From: Vicinamibacterales bacterium
Lineage (GTDB): Bacteria; Acidobacteriota; Vicinamibacteria; Vicinamibacterales; UBA8438
Direction: 5' to 3'
Assembly (NCBI GenBank): GCA_965223015.1
Contig: CBDCVL010000004.1
Coordinates: 310,687-374,686 of the forward strand
DNA: 64,000 bases
Shown here piece by piece: positions 55,754 through 64,000 of the stretch. The number at the start of each line of letters is the position of its first letter. Positions within the stretch are counted from its first letter, which is position 1. Under the pieces are notes generated by a model, which did no database searches, had not been told where the DNA came from, and saw only the letters and a list, made by a program, of their open reading frames with translations. Made by a program: the position numbers and the translations under genes.

Positions 55754-56915
55754 CTAGTTCTGTCCTTCGGATGTCGACTCGGTGTCGTCGATCTCGAGCG
55801 CGTATCCGATGAAGCCGAGCGACATCTCGTCATCGGTCCGCGGACCGTATCCGGGCGACTCGTGCGACCGGAAGTCGTAGCGGGCGGCGCGCTCTGGAGA
55901 GTTGTCGAACCAGATGCTCACGTCAATGCGCGTGCCCTTGGGCAGCAACTTCGGCTCCTTCAGCATGTACGTTTCCTGCCAGCCCTGGTTGTACTGCGGG
56001 ACGTCGAGGAGCAGTTCCTCGCGGCCGTCTGGATAGACCGCCGTGTACCGAGACGCCGTCGCGCGGAGGTGACCGTGCGGCCAATAGGTCAGCACGTACG
56101 TGTCCTGTTCGAGGGTTCGTGAGTTTCCGACGCGATAGTTCGGGTGGTTGGGTGGAATCTCGAAACCGGTGTTGCCGATCGAGTCGTTGACCACTCGGAA
56201 CTGAACCGGACGCTCTTCGACGAAAAAGGCGATTTCCGGCTGGGTCCAGACCCCACTGCCCGCGCCGGGCTCCTTGTGATAGTGCATGTTGTAGGTGATC
56301 GTCGAGCCCGTCTCGAGCCGAAGGCCGAAACCGTCGGGCAGCATGACCGCCTCGGCGCCCTCGGCGACACAGGTCAGCAGCTGGCCCGTACCGGTGGCGC
56401 CCTCCTCAGCGGCAACCTCCTCGATCGGCCTGTTGTCGGGGCTCGGCCCGCGCAGGAAGCCGCACATGTGGTGCGCGACACTTCCGGCGCCGGTCTTGAA
56501 CTCCCAGCCGCGGACCCAGACGTCATCCGGCAGGTCCGTCTCGGTTAGGGTTCTGAAGAAGCTGATGTTGAGATCGTAGACGTCATCGTCCACGAAGTAA
56601 GGCTCGTCGAGCTGGAACACGAAGTCTGGCGTGCCAAGGGACCACCCCCCGCTCGTTTCCTCGGCGAACTGGCGTGGGGCCGGCGCGTCAGCGCGGTCAC
56701 CAGCCGGAGCGCCGGCATCGACCCAGTTTACAATCGTTCTGATCTCCTCATCGGTGAGTCCACGTTCGTTCGAGAAGACGCCCTTCGGAGCCGTGGCGTA
56801 CCAGGGTGGCATCTCATGTGCCTCGACTTTCCGCGCGATCGCGCGGGCCCACGGCCGCGTTTCCTCGTAGCTCGTGAACGACATCGGTGCAACAAGGCCG
56901 CCCAGATTCAGCCCC
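55754..56915 (-). pseudogene. CxxCH-motif / copper type II ascorbate-dependent monooxygenase-like protein, C-terminal 384 codons (gene split by IS256)
   Basis: ..LNLGGLVAPMSFTSYEETRPWARAIARKVEAHEMPPWYA.., with His clusters AHHM, MHYH and WPHGH reminiscent of the PHM/DBH copper sites. Confidence 0.7.
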
Positions 56916-58347
56916 GGAGATGTCCCAGTAGCTGTTGAAATTTGAAGCGGCGGCTCTTCACTGGTCGTGCTATACGACCGGTGACGAAACCGAGGTGCAA
57001 GCCTCCCAGTAAGGAGCCGCCATGAAGAAGCAGTCTCGCACAGTCCCTCGCCGTCGCCAATCGGTATCCCCGACGCCACGGCACCTGCCGTTGGTCGATA
57101 TCCTCATTGATACGCAGGCCGAGCTCCAGGAGCTGGTCGTCGCGTCTGGCCTGAAGGTACTCGAAGCCATGCTGGAAGAGGATCGGGCCGCCGTCTGTGG
57201 GCCACGGGATGCGCATCAACCTGCGCGCCAGGCGTATCGAACGGGGCATACGCCGAGTCAGGTCGTGCTGGGCGGGCGGAAGGTGGCGATTCGTCGGCCC
57301 CGTGCGCGGCGCGCCGGCGAGGAGGTTCCGTTGCCAACGGCCCGGGCATTCGCGAATGCGGACCCGCTGAACCGGCGCGTGGTCGACCAGATGCTGATCG
57401 GTGTGGCGACCCGCCAGTATGCGCGGAGTCTGGAACCGCTCGGCGCCGACGTCACCACGCGGGGCACGAGCAAGAGTGCGGTCAGTCGACGCTTTGTCGC
57501 GCAGACTCAGGCGCAGCTGGATGCGTGGCGGGCGACGCCGCTCGACGCGCTGGACCTGGTGGGGCTGCTGATTGATGGCGTGCACGTGGGTGGACACTGT
57601 ATCGTTGTCGCCCTAGGCATCGATACAATGGGCGCGAAACACCCGCTCGGCCTGTGGGAAGGGGCCACGGAGAACGCGACGGTCTGTCAGGGGCTCTTGA
57701 CCAATCTCGGCAGCCGCGGGCTGCGCACCGACCGGAGCCTGCTGGTGATCGTCGATGGCGCGAAGGCCCTCGACACGGCCGTGACCCAGACATTCGGGCG
57801 CGCCGCACTGGTGCAGCGGTGTCAGGTCCATAAGGGCCGGAACATCTTGGAGCATCTCCCTGAGGCACAGCGGCCGTGGGTGAAGGCGGTCCTCATGCGC
57901 GCCTACACGAACAGCCACGTCAAGACGGCCAAGCGTCTGCTGCAGGACCTGGCGCGGCGCTTGGACACTGACTACCCGAGTGCGGCCACGAGCGTGCGGG
58001 AAGGGCTCGACGAGACGCTGACCGTGCTCGGCTTGGGTCTGTCGGAGCGTCTCCAACGATCGCTCGCCACCACGAACGCCATCGAGAGTCTCCTCAGCCG
58101 AACGCGCCACGTGCAGCGCCATGTGAAACGCTGGCGCGGCGGGACGATGGTGCTCCGCTGGGTGGCCGCCGGGGTGCTCGAAGCGGCGAAGGGGTTCCGC
58201 CGGGTGCAAGGATGTCAAGATATGCCCGCGCTGGTCGCTGCCCTCCGGGCACGCGACGCGCGGTTAGGACTCGGGGAGTCGTCAGAGATGGTTGCGTAGT
58301 CGTGAACCAAGCTGCCGCTGAGTTTCAACAGCGCACGGGACATCCCC
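56916..58347 (+). mobile_element. IS256-family insertion sequence (1432 bp) with an 8-bp target site duplication
   Basis: Inverted repeats GGAGATGTCCCAGTAGCTGTTGAAATTTGAAGCGGCGGCT (from 56916) and AGCTGCCGCTGAGTTTCAACAGCGCACGGGACATCCCC (to 58347). The direct repeat TCAGCCCC lies at 56908-56915 and 58348-58355. Confidence 0.88.
57022..58299 (+). CDS. IS256-family (mutator-type) transposase
   Basis: 425 aa. LLIDGVHVGGHCIVVALGIDTMGAKHPLGLWEG.TEN, VIVDGAKAL, QRCQVHKGRNILEHLP, TTNAIESL. Confidence 0.92.
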   Translation: MKKQSRTVPRRRQSVSPTPRHLPLVDILIDTQAELQELVVASGLKVLEAMLEEDRAAVCGPRDAHQPARQAYRTGHTPSQVVLGGRKVAIRRPRARRAGEEVPLPTARAFANADPLNRRVVDQMLIGVATRQYARSLEPLGADVTTRGTSKSAVSRRFVAQTQAQLDAWRATPLDALDLVGLLIDGVHVGGHCIVVALGIDTMGAKHPLGLWEGATENATVCQGLLTNLGSRGLRTDRSLLVIVDGAKALDTAVTQTFGRAALVQRCQVHKGRNILEHLPEAQRPWVKAVLMRAYTNSHVKTAKRLLQDLARRLDTDYPSAATSVREGLDETLTVLGLGLSERLQRSLATTNAIESLLSRTRHVQRHVKRWRGGTMVLRWVAAGVLEAAKGFRRVQGCQDMPALVAALRARDARLGLGESSEMVA

Positions 58348-58519
58348 TCAGCCCCTCCGGTCGGTGACAGCCCTGGCAGTTTGCCTGGAGGACTGGGAGC
58401 ACGTCCCGGTAGTAGGTTGCGTCTACCTCGTTCTCGTTGCCGGCCTGGCCCGGCGCGACGAAGGCGCACAGGATGCCGAGTGCAAACAGGATGACCAAGG
58501 CGCGCGGCTCGAGTCTCAT
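58348..58519 (-). pseudogene. N-terminal 57 codons of the IS256-split CxxCH/monooxygenase-like gene
   Basis: MRLEPRALVILFALGILCAFVAPGQA (signal) ..YYRDVLPVLQANCQGCHRPEGL. Joining 58348 to 56907 gives a continuous 1326-nt ORF. Confidence 0.7.
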
Positions 58520-58619
58520 CGGTCGATTCCTTTCCGCTAAACGTAACTCTCTAAATCCATTTCACCACCAACCGGGCCCCGTCGCAATTCAGGTCGCTCT
58601 GCCTCCACGTGCATCTATA

Positions 58620-59999
58620 ATGCGGCTGGCTGTGAAACCAATTCAGTGGGCCGTGTTGGTCCTTGTCGTCGCACTTCTTGGTGGCGTGGAGTCCTCGAGT
58701 CAAGACGTTGGCGTCGTCGCGTTTGAGGGCGTGACCGTCATTCCAATGGATCGCGAGCGCACATTGCCAGGCCAGACGGTGATCGTGCGCGATGGCCAGA
58801 TCGTCGAGCTCGGTCCGATGGCCGACGTGAACCTCCCACCTGGCGCGACCCGCATCGATGGCGACTCGCGCTTTTTGCTGCCCACGCTCAGCGAGATGCA
58901 CGCTCATCTGTCCTCGAACTACGTGGCGCCCTACATCGGCCGTCCTGGGACGCCCGAGCAGGCGGTGGAGCGCGTACTACTCCTGTACGTTCTGAACGGG
59001 GTCGGCACAATCCGCAACATGACTGGTGCGCCCGTTCACCTCGAGCTGCGGGATCGCGCGGCACGGGGCGAACTCATCAGTCCGACGATCTACACGTCGG
59101 GGCCGCCCTTCTCGGGTGGCGCGGCGATGACGGCCCAGGCCGCCGTCGAAATGGTCGGTGCTCAGCGGGCGGCTGGCTACGACTTCATCAAGACGTACCC
59201 CGGCACGCCCGCGCTCGACGTGTTCACTGCGATGGCCACGGCCGCCCGTGACGCCGGCATGCCGATCGCCGGCCACGTGCCGTCAACCATCGGTCTCAGC
59301 GGTGCGCTGGCGGCGGGGTTTCAAACCATCGATCACCTCGACGGATACCTACAAGCCGCGGTGGGGCCTGAGGCGCCGCAGCCGACCCTCTGGGCTGAGA
59401 ACGTCGTGCCGTACGTCGACACATCCCGATTCGCCCAGCTCGCTGCCGAGACCAAAGCCGAAGGCACATGGATGGTACCGACGCAGAGCTTGCTCGAGGC
59501 CCAGTTTTCTCTGGAGACACCGGCTGCGCTCTTGAGGCGCCCCGAGATGGTCTACGTGCGCCCGCAGGTGCGCGAGCAGTGGGCGCGAACAAAGGCAGGA
59601 ACGGATCGCCGGTACTCACCCCAGCAGCGAGCCCAGTTTCTGGCACTTCGCCGTCAGCTGATCCAGGTGTTGTACGACGAAGGGGTCGGGTTCCTGCTCG
59701 GGTCGGACGCCCCGCAAGCCTGGAACGTTGCCGGCTTTTCCATCCATCGCGAGCTCGCCGCACTCGTTGCCTCTGGGCTCACGCCATTCGAAGCGCTCGC
59801 AACTGGCACACGCGACGTCGCAGTCTTTACGGGCTCGCTGCAGCACACTGGCACAATCGAGGTTGGGAAGCGGGCGGACTTGCTACTCCTCGACGCCAAT
59901 CCGCTGGATGACATCGCGAACAGCTCTCGGATCGCGGGCGTCATGCTGGGAGGGCGGTGGCTGCCCAGCACCGAGATCGAGCAGATGCTCAATGAGTGA
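58620..59999 (+). CDS. secreted amidohydrolase-family protein (metal-dependent hydrolase)
   Basis: Internal ATG at 58620 with a signal peptide (MRLAVKPIQWAVLVLVVALLGG). ..LLPTLSEMHAHL.., and a C-terminal ..GTIEVGKRADLLLLDANPLDDI. Confidence 0.8.
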   Translation: MRLAVKPIQWAVLVLVVALLGGVESSSQDVGVVAFEGVTVIPMDRERTLPGQTVIVRDGQIVELGPMADVNLPPGATRIDGDSRFLLPTLSEMHAHLSSNYVAPYIGRPGTPEQAVERVLLLYVLNGVGTIRNMTGAPVHLELRDRAARGELISPTIYTSGPPFSGGAAMTAQAAVEMVGAQRAAGYDFIKTYPGTPALDVFTAMATAARDAGMPIAGHVPSTIGLSGALAAGFQTIDHLDGYLQAAVGPEAPQPTLWAENVVPYVDTSRFAQLAAETKAEGTWMVPTQSLLEAQFSLETPAALLRRPEMVYVRPQVREQWARTKAGTDRRYSPQQRAQFLALRRQLIQVLYDEGVGFLLGSDAPQAWNVAGFSIHRELAALVASGLTPFEALATGTRDVAVFTGSLQHTGTIEVGKRADLLLLDANPLDDIANSSRIAGVMLGGRWLPSTEIEQMLNE

Positions 60000-60086
60000 G
60001 CGGAAGAGCAGACCAGCACCCTCGCCAACCGACAAGAGAAATCGGAACTGACGTCAGCTATCGAAACTGAAGGTCACACGTACCCC

Positions 60087-60731
60087 TCAGCGGCTCTGAT
60101 ACGCCGCGTGGCGTCCGCCGCGTGGCGAGTACTTCTCTGCTGACACACTCTGGGTCGTCGTCACCGCGTGTTCCGCCCGGAAACCCCAGCCGCTCGTGAT
60201 GGAGAACGTCTCCCAGCGGTACTTGCCGTCGCTATCCTTCCGCATCACGCCCTCGTAGCGACCACCCTGGACGCCACTCTGCCCTGAGGTCATGAAGTAG
60301 GCGCTCACGTCGGCGTGAGTCAGGTCGGGATGGACGTTGACGGCAACGTTCGCTGTGTGATGACCCCCGCCGAGGCGTGGCTCGCCCCTGCCATAATTCG
60401 CATAGAGTGGCGCGATCTCGTCGCGACCTTCGAAGTGCAGGTCCTCGTGGTTGGCGCCCGGGAAGTTGGGCACGTCGAGGATGGCATCCTCAGCGAACGT
60501 GTCGAGGATGTCCTCACCGAATCCGGAATCCATCCCATAGAGGTACTGGTTGAAGGTGCTCAACACCTCCTCTTTGGCTTCGAGGCGGGCGACACGTGCT
60601 CTCAGCTCACTCAGCTCGTCTGACGATTGACCGCCGGTAGCCGTGGCACCGAGCAGGACTGGAATCGTGACCGCCGCTAGGGCACCCAGCAGGACTGGAA
60701 TCACGATCGCGGCTAGTAGGAGTTTCTTCAT
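60087..60731 (-). CDS. membrane-anchored/secreted NTF2-like (SnoaL-like) fold protein, function unknown
   Basis: 214 aa. A duplicated hydrophobic N-terminus, a coiled segment (ELRARVARLEAKEE), then a SnoaL-like-looking body. The assignment is weak. Confidence 0.45.
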   Translation of the reverse strand: MKKLLLAAIVIPVLLGALAAVTIPVLLGATATGGQSSDELSELRARVARLEAKEEVLSTFNQYLYGMDSGFGEDILDTFAEDAILDVPNFPGANHEDLHFEGRDEIAPLYANYGRGEPRLGGGHHTANVAVNVHPDLTHADVSAYFMTSGQSGVQGGRYEGVMRKDSDGKYRWETFSITSGWGFRAEHAVTTTQSVSAEKYSPRGGRHAAYQSR

Positions 60732-60912
60732 TGTTTCCTCCAGGTTTTACGGAACATCCGCCTGATTTCGACTTCTACTTTGTGCGAAGGATAGCATGAG
60801 TCTCTGACTCTTCCTGATCTGTTCCACTCGGCTCCGGAACCATTATCTGGCGACCTGGTCTGCCGACCTGCGAGCCATCGGCGAAGAGGCCATACGGGCC
60901 GCGCGTCGCGTC

Positions 60913-61080
60913 TCAATTCGCGTCCTGCGGCTCCAACCTGGCCAGCCGGCGCTCGATCTCAATCAGCTTGTGCAGAATGAGAATGTGAGTCTTCTTGGCG
61001 TCGATGCCGACGGGACTTGCCTCGCTACCGATCAATTCTGCGATGTCCGTGTAGACGTCCGACGGGATGTCGATCTTCAT
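60913..61080 (-). CDS. small hypothetical protein (55 aa)
   Basis: Not in the ORF track because it is under 60 aa. My own translation: MKIDIPSDVYTDIAELIGSEASPVGIDAKKTHILILHKLIEIERRLARLEPQDAN. A strong AGGAGGAG lies 6 nt upstream of the ATG. Confidence 0.4.
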   Translation of the reverse strand: MKIDIPSDVYTDIAELIGSEASPVGIDAKKTHILILHKLIEIERRLARLEPQDAN

Positions 61081-61200
61081 GTCCGTCTCCTCCTAAAGGC
61101 TCCCGGAGTCCGAATTGTCACAGGCGACACTGCCGCGAGCGAGACGAGCGAAGTCGCGATCGAACACACCGCGACGACTCGCGCTGCATCTTGGAACCCT

Positions 61201-61680
61201 TCAACGTTTCTGCGCTCGCTTACTCCGACGTGGCGGCCGCGATGCCTCGTACTGTGCGATGAACGCTTTCGCCTTTACCCGCTGGAACAGTTCGGCGACG
61301 ACCTCGAGAGGCACATCCTCGATTGTTTTGACGCGGACGCACGACTTGCCCATGTCGAGCCTCTTGCCCGCCTTGAGCCATGCGGCCCGGAACCAGGCCT
61401 CCTGCTTCGGATCGCAGTAGACGCAGAAGAGGTAGAGCCCGATATGGTGCTCTTGCGCCCCAATTACTGCGAATGGTAGGGGCTGCTCGGGGTTACAGTG
61501 GTAGCCTTCGGGAAAGACCGAATGAGGTACGTAGTAGCTGATCATTCCGCCCTGCATTCCTTCAGCGAAGGGCGTGTCGATGTTCTTGAGGATGACCTCG
61601 CGAACGGTGGCGATCGTCTGTCGGCGGTCTGCCGGTAACTTCCGGAGGTACTGCGCGACGGTCGATGCCTTGATCTGCAT
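61201..61680 (-). CDS. DUF1801 (YdhG-like) domain protein
   Basis: 159 aa. V..YL..LP.DRR..I..VREVI......F.E.M..GMISY.VP.........LPFA.IGAQEHHIGLYL... fits the DUF1801 pattern. Confidence 0.7.
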   Translation of the reverse strand: MQIKASTVAQYLRKLPADRRQTIATVREVILKNIDTPFAEGMQGGMISYYVPHSVFPEGYHCNPEQPLPFAVIGAQEHHIGLYLFCVYCDPKQEAWFRAAWLKAGKRLDMGKSCVRVKTIEDVPLEVVAELFQRVKAKAFIAQYEASRPPRRSKRAQKR

Positions 61681-61734
61681 GCGAAGCTATCGTGGAGAGG
61701 TCCAGTATAGCGACTGATGGGTAAGGCGATCGGC

Positions 61735-62517
61735 CTACACCGAGTGGGTTGAGGCGATGCTTCGGGGATTCACGGCGCCAGGTCGTCGCCGGAAGCCAGA
61801 TCGCTGAAGCAGCGCGCCGACCATCCACGTGGCTTCGATCACGATCGCCCAGCTCATCTTCGACGCACCCGCGCGGCGTTCCTCGAATGTAATGGGGTAG
61901 TCGACGACGTGAAATCCGCGTCTCCAGGCTTGGTGGGCGAGCTCGACTTGAAACGCGTACCCATCGGACCTGATGTCATCGAGCGCGAGTGTTTCGAGCA
62001 CTGCCCGCCGGTAGCACCTGAATCCGCCGGTCGGATCTGACGTGGGGAGTCCGGTCGCCCATCGGACGTAGAAAGCGGCGCCGCGGCTCAGGAAGAGCCG
62101 CCACCGCGGCCAATTCACCACTCTGGTTCCGCCGAGATACCTTGACCCCAGCGTGACGTCCGACCGTTGTGTCACCCGTAGCAGACCCTCGATGTCAGCC
62201 GGGTCGTGCGAAAAGTCTGCGTCCATTTCAAGGACATAGGCGTAATCTCTGGCGAGCGCCCAACGGAATCCCGACACGTAGGCACGGCCGAGTCCAGCTT
62301 TCCGGGTGCCGTGAATGACATGCACGCGGTCGTGGTGCGCCGCGATGCCCTCGAGGATCTGCCCGGTCCCATCCGGGGAGTTGTCGTCGACGAAGAGCAT
62401 GTCCAGTTCATCGGACACGCGGAGGGTGGCCTCGACAAGCGCCGCCACATTGTCTGCCTCGTTATAGGTGGGCACGACGACGAGCGAGCGCCCGTCAGCC
62501 GGTGTTCGGTGTGTCAT
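61735..62517 (-). CDS. GT2-family polyprenol/dolichol-phosphate mannosyltransferase-like glycosyltransferase
   Basis: From the ATG at 62517. LVVVPTYNEADNV, LFVDDNSPDGT, LEMDADFSHDP, and a C-terminal ...FEERRAGASKM. Confidence 0.85.
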   Translation of the reverse strand: MTHRTPADGRSLVVVPTYNEADNVAALVEATLRVSDELDMLFVDDNSPDGTGQILEGIAAHHDRVHVIHGTRKAGLGRAYVSGFRWALARDYAYVLEMDADFSHDPADIEGLLRVTQRSDVTLGSRYLGGTRVVNWPRWRLFLSRGAAFYVRWATGLPTSDPTGGFRCYRRAVLETLALDDIRSDGYAFQVELAHQAWRRGFHVVDYPITFEERRAGASKMSWAIVIEATWMVGALLQRSGFRRRPGAVNPRSIASTHSV

Positions 62518-62619
62518 CCGTTTACAGGCCCGTAGTATCGCTGATCGCAGCGCAAACGTGCCAGGATGAACAGCCGTTGTGCCCAAGTCCTGAGGGGAAG
62601 GCCGGGGGTGCGGTCTGGA

Positions 62620-63381
62620 CTAATCCACGAGCTGACCGGTTGACAGGTGCACCTTTAGTGGTGCGTTCCGGCCGGGGTTCATCACCTTGAGTCGGATGAT
62701 CGCGGCTCCGCCATCTCCTGAACGAAAGGCAATATCCACGAAGTGAAGACCTGGGCCGATCGCCTGCGACGGCCATCTCCACGTTGTGTTCTCTGTGAAT
62801 CGATGCAGTGTCTCCGAGCTCACGATATAGGCGTGGTCATCATAGGCGTGGTCATCGTCTGTGTACTTGACCGCAAGCCCGGCGTACCTCATCCTGCCGT
62901 GACTGTTAAGGTCGGTCGCCTCGCACAGAGTGTCCTGTCGCTGTGACGTGTCCCAAGCGCCCGCGCCGAGCCACAATCCTGCTTCTGTCTTCACGTTGAA
63001 TAGCGTCGAGTCGGTGTTCCATCGCGTCTGAAACCGTAGATCCGGTGCGTCGTTGTCCCCACCATTGCTGAGCCACAGACTCCACACCGTGTACTCGTTC
63101 GAAGTCTGCTCCGCGAAGACCTGCCTGTGGACCTGGTGAACGTGGATGATGAGCCGTCGAGTCCACCGGGCCACTGGGGCGCCGATCGGCCTTAGCACCT
63201 TCACTCGTGCCAGCCACGCCAGAGCGTTGTCGAATCCGGCCGCGACCGGTCGGAGGTCGACAACCGCTGTCGGAAAGGTCACTTCACGATTGCGGCGGCC
63301 GCGTCCTTCGGACGCATTGGGATGGCTGACGCCGACGTGCTCTGCCTGAGGTGGCATACCTGTCATTGCGTTATTATGCAA
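62620..63381 (-). CDS. hypothetical protein
   Basis: 253-aa ORF with coding-like composition. I recognise no motif. It contains a perfect 15-bp tandem duplication (DDHAY-DDHAY). Confidence 0.45.
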   Translation of the reverse strand: MHNNAMTGMPPQAEHVGVSHPNASEGRGRRNREVTFPTAVVDLRPVAAGFDNALAWLARVKVLRPIGAPVARWTRRLIIHVHQVHRQVFAEQTSNEYTVWSLWLSNGGDNDAPDLRFQTRWNTDSTLFNVKTEAGLWLGAGAWDTSQRQDTLCEATDLNSHGRMRYAGLAVKYTDDDHAYDDHAYIVSSETLHRFTENTTWRWPSQAIGPGLHFVDIAFRSGDGGAAIIRLKVMNPGRNAPLKVHLSTGQLVD

Positions 63382-63525
63382 GCAGCGTGCCGTGGCTGAG
63401 CGCCGCGGAAGGGGGACTTTCGCAGCGTGGTGTCCGCGTGGTCTGTATCGGAACTGTTAGCGATAGCCCAGAACGGTTGGTGCTGAGGGAGTGTGGTTCT
63501 CAGTGGTCTGTGGCACCGTCCCGCG

Positions 63526-63999
63526 CTACATCCCCATCGGATTCTCGTCGGCGGAGGGTCCGTAGACCGACGGAACGGGCACATCGTTGAGGCGCAGATA
63601 GACGCCAAGCTGAGCACGATGATGAATCATGTGGTTCATGACGAAAGTTCGGAGGACGGCCGCCTTCGGTAGCGTCATCAGCGTCGTTCCGTTCTGGAGC
63701 AGCGACCACGGCTTCATGAGCGCTTCGTCACTGACAGTGGCGATCGCAGCTCGGGCGTCAGCCGCGTTCTTGTCGAACATGGCCAACAGCTCTGCCACCG
63801 TCTGTGGGGCACGGGGCGGATCCATCGGCTTGCCACCCGGGGCGAGGTCCAGTGTGTCCTGAGCAATCGAGAGCGACGCCCATGTGTTGAGATTTGCCAG
63901 GTGTCCTGCCAGCCAGCCCAAGCTGCCTGACTTTTCGTGCGGCGACCATTCGAATCTGTCCTCCGGGACTCGTTCCAACATCTTCCGCGTAGTCGCCAT
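63526..63999 (-). CDS. DinB-superfamily (DinB_2-like) protein, possibly lacking a few N-terminal codons at the window edge
   Basis: ..TRKMLERVPEDRFEWSPHEKSGSLGWLAGHLA.. and ..MNHMIHHRAQLGVYLRL.. form a His-triad-type DinB fold pattern. Confidence 0.75.
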   Translation of the reverse strand: MATTRKMLERVPEDRFEWSPHEKSGSLGWLAGHLANLNTWASLSIAQDTLDLAPGGKPMDPPRAPQTVAELLAMFDKNAADARAAIATVSDEALMKPWSLLQNGTTLMTLPKAAVLRTFVMNHMIHHRAQLGVYLRLNDVPVPSVYGPSADENPMGM

Positions 64000-64000
64000 C

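Noticed and set aside
55411-55833. 140-aa ORF as an independent small secreted protein
   Set aside because: Its C-terminal third loses coding character exactly where the adjacent frame gains DUF2911-like sequence. It is better explained as the 5' part of a frameshifted gene.

Overview
This is a high-GC bacterial chromosome segment. Hand counts on short samples give high-60s % G+C in the core genes. The gene content (secreted VWA proteins, debris of Ser/Thr-kinase/TolB-type paralogues) looks Acidobacteriota-like, but that is an inference only. The window has three parts. (1) 1-31.4 kb is conserved core. It holds ispG (partial), a ccsA/hemX-like gene followed by hemA-hemC-cobA/hemD-hemB-hemL, and two VWA proteins. 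It also holds a tightly packed nine-gene nuoA-C-D-H-J-K-L-M-N cluster with no nuoB/E/F/G/I, and a convergent F0-only atpZ-I-B-E-F cluster. The rest is a PhzF-family gene, a cupin, a rhomboid, murJ, an ECF sigma factor coupled to an unusual zf-HC2 anti-sigma/MGMT fusion, a rhodanese, an amidase and an FAD oxidoreductase. (2) About 31.4-47.5 kb is an accessory island saturated with insertion sequences: five IS3-family copies, a truncated IS21, an IS5 fragment and an IS1380. It contains a decayed BREX locus: brxA split by an IS3 copy with a 3-bp target duplication, an intact brxB, and brxC cut after codon 41. It also carries a D-Ala-D-Ala dipeptidase remnant. Its lower-GC three-gene cassette (small helical protein, Rad50/SMC-like ATPase with a CxxC hook, Hjc/PD-(D/E)xK-like protein) is my best candidate for an undescribed defence-type system. 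The island ends at a truncated tRNA-Arg(TCT). (3) 47.5-64 kb is mixed. Four copies of a ~95-nt Ser/Thr-kinase 5' stub separate unrelated single genes (orphan short flagellin, cyclophilin, glycine-zipper peptide, M20 hydrolase). There is a TolB-like pseudogene and a frameshifted DUF2911-like gene. A CxxCH/copper-monooxygenase-like gene is cleanly split by an IS256 with an 8-bp target duplication. The remaining genes are housekeeping-type. No rRNA, CRISPR array or prophage genes were seen. All functional calls rest on my own recognition of motifs in the translations, with no database searches.
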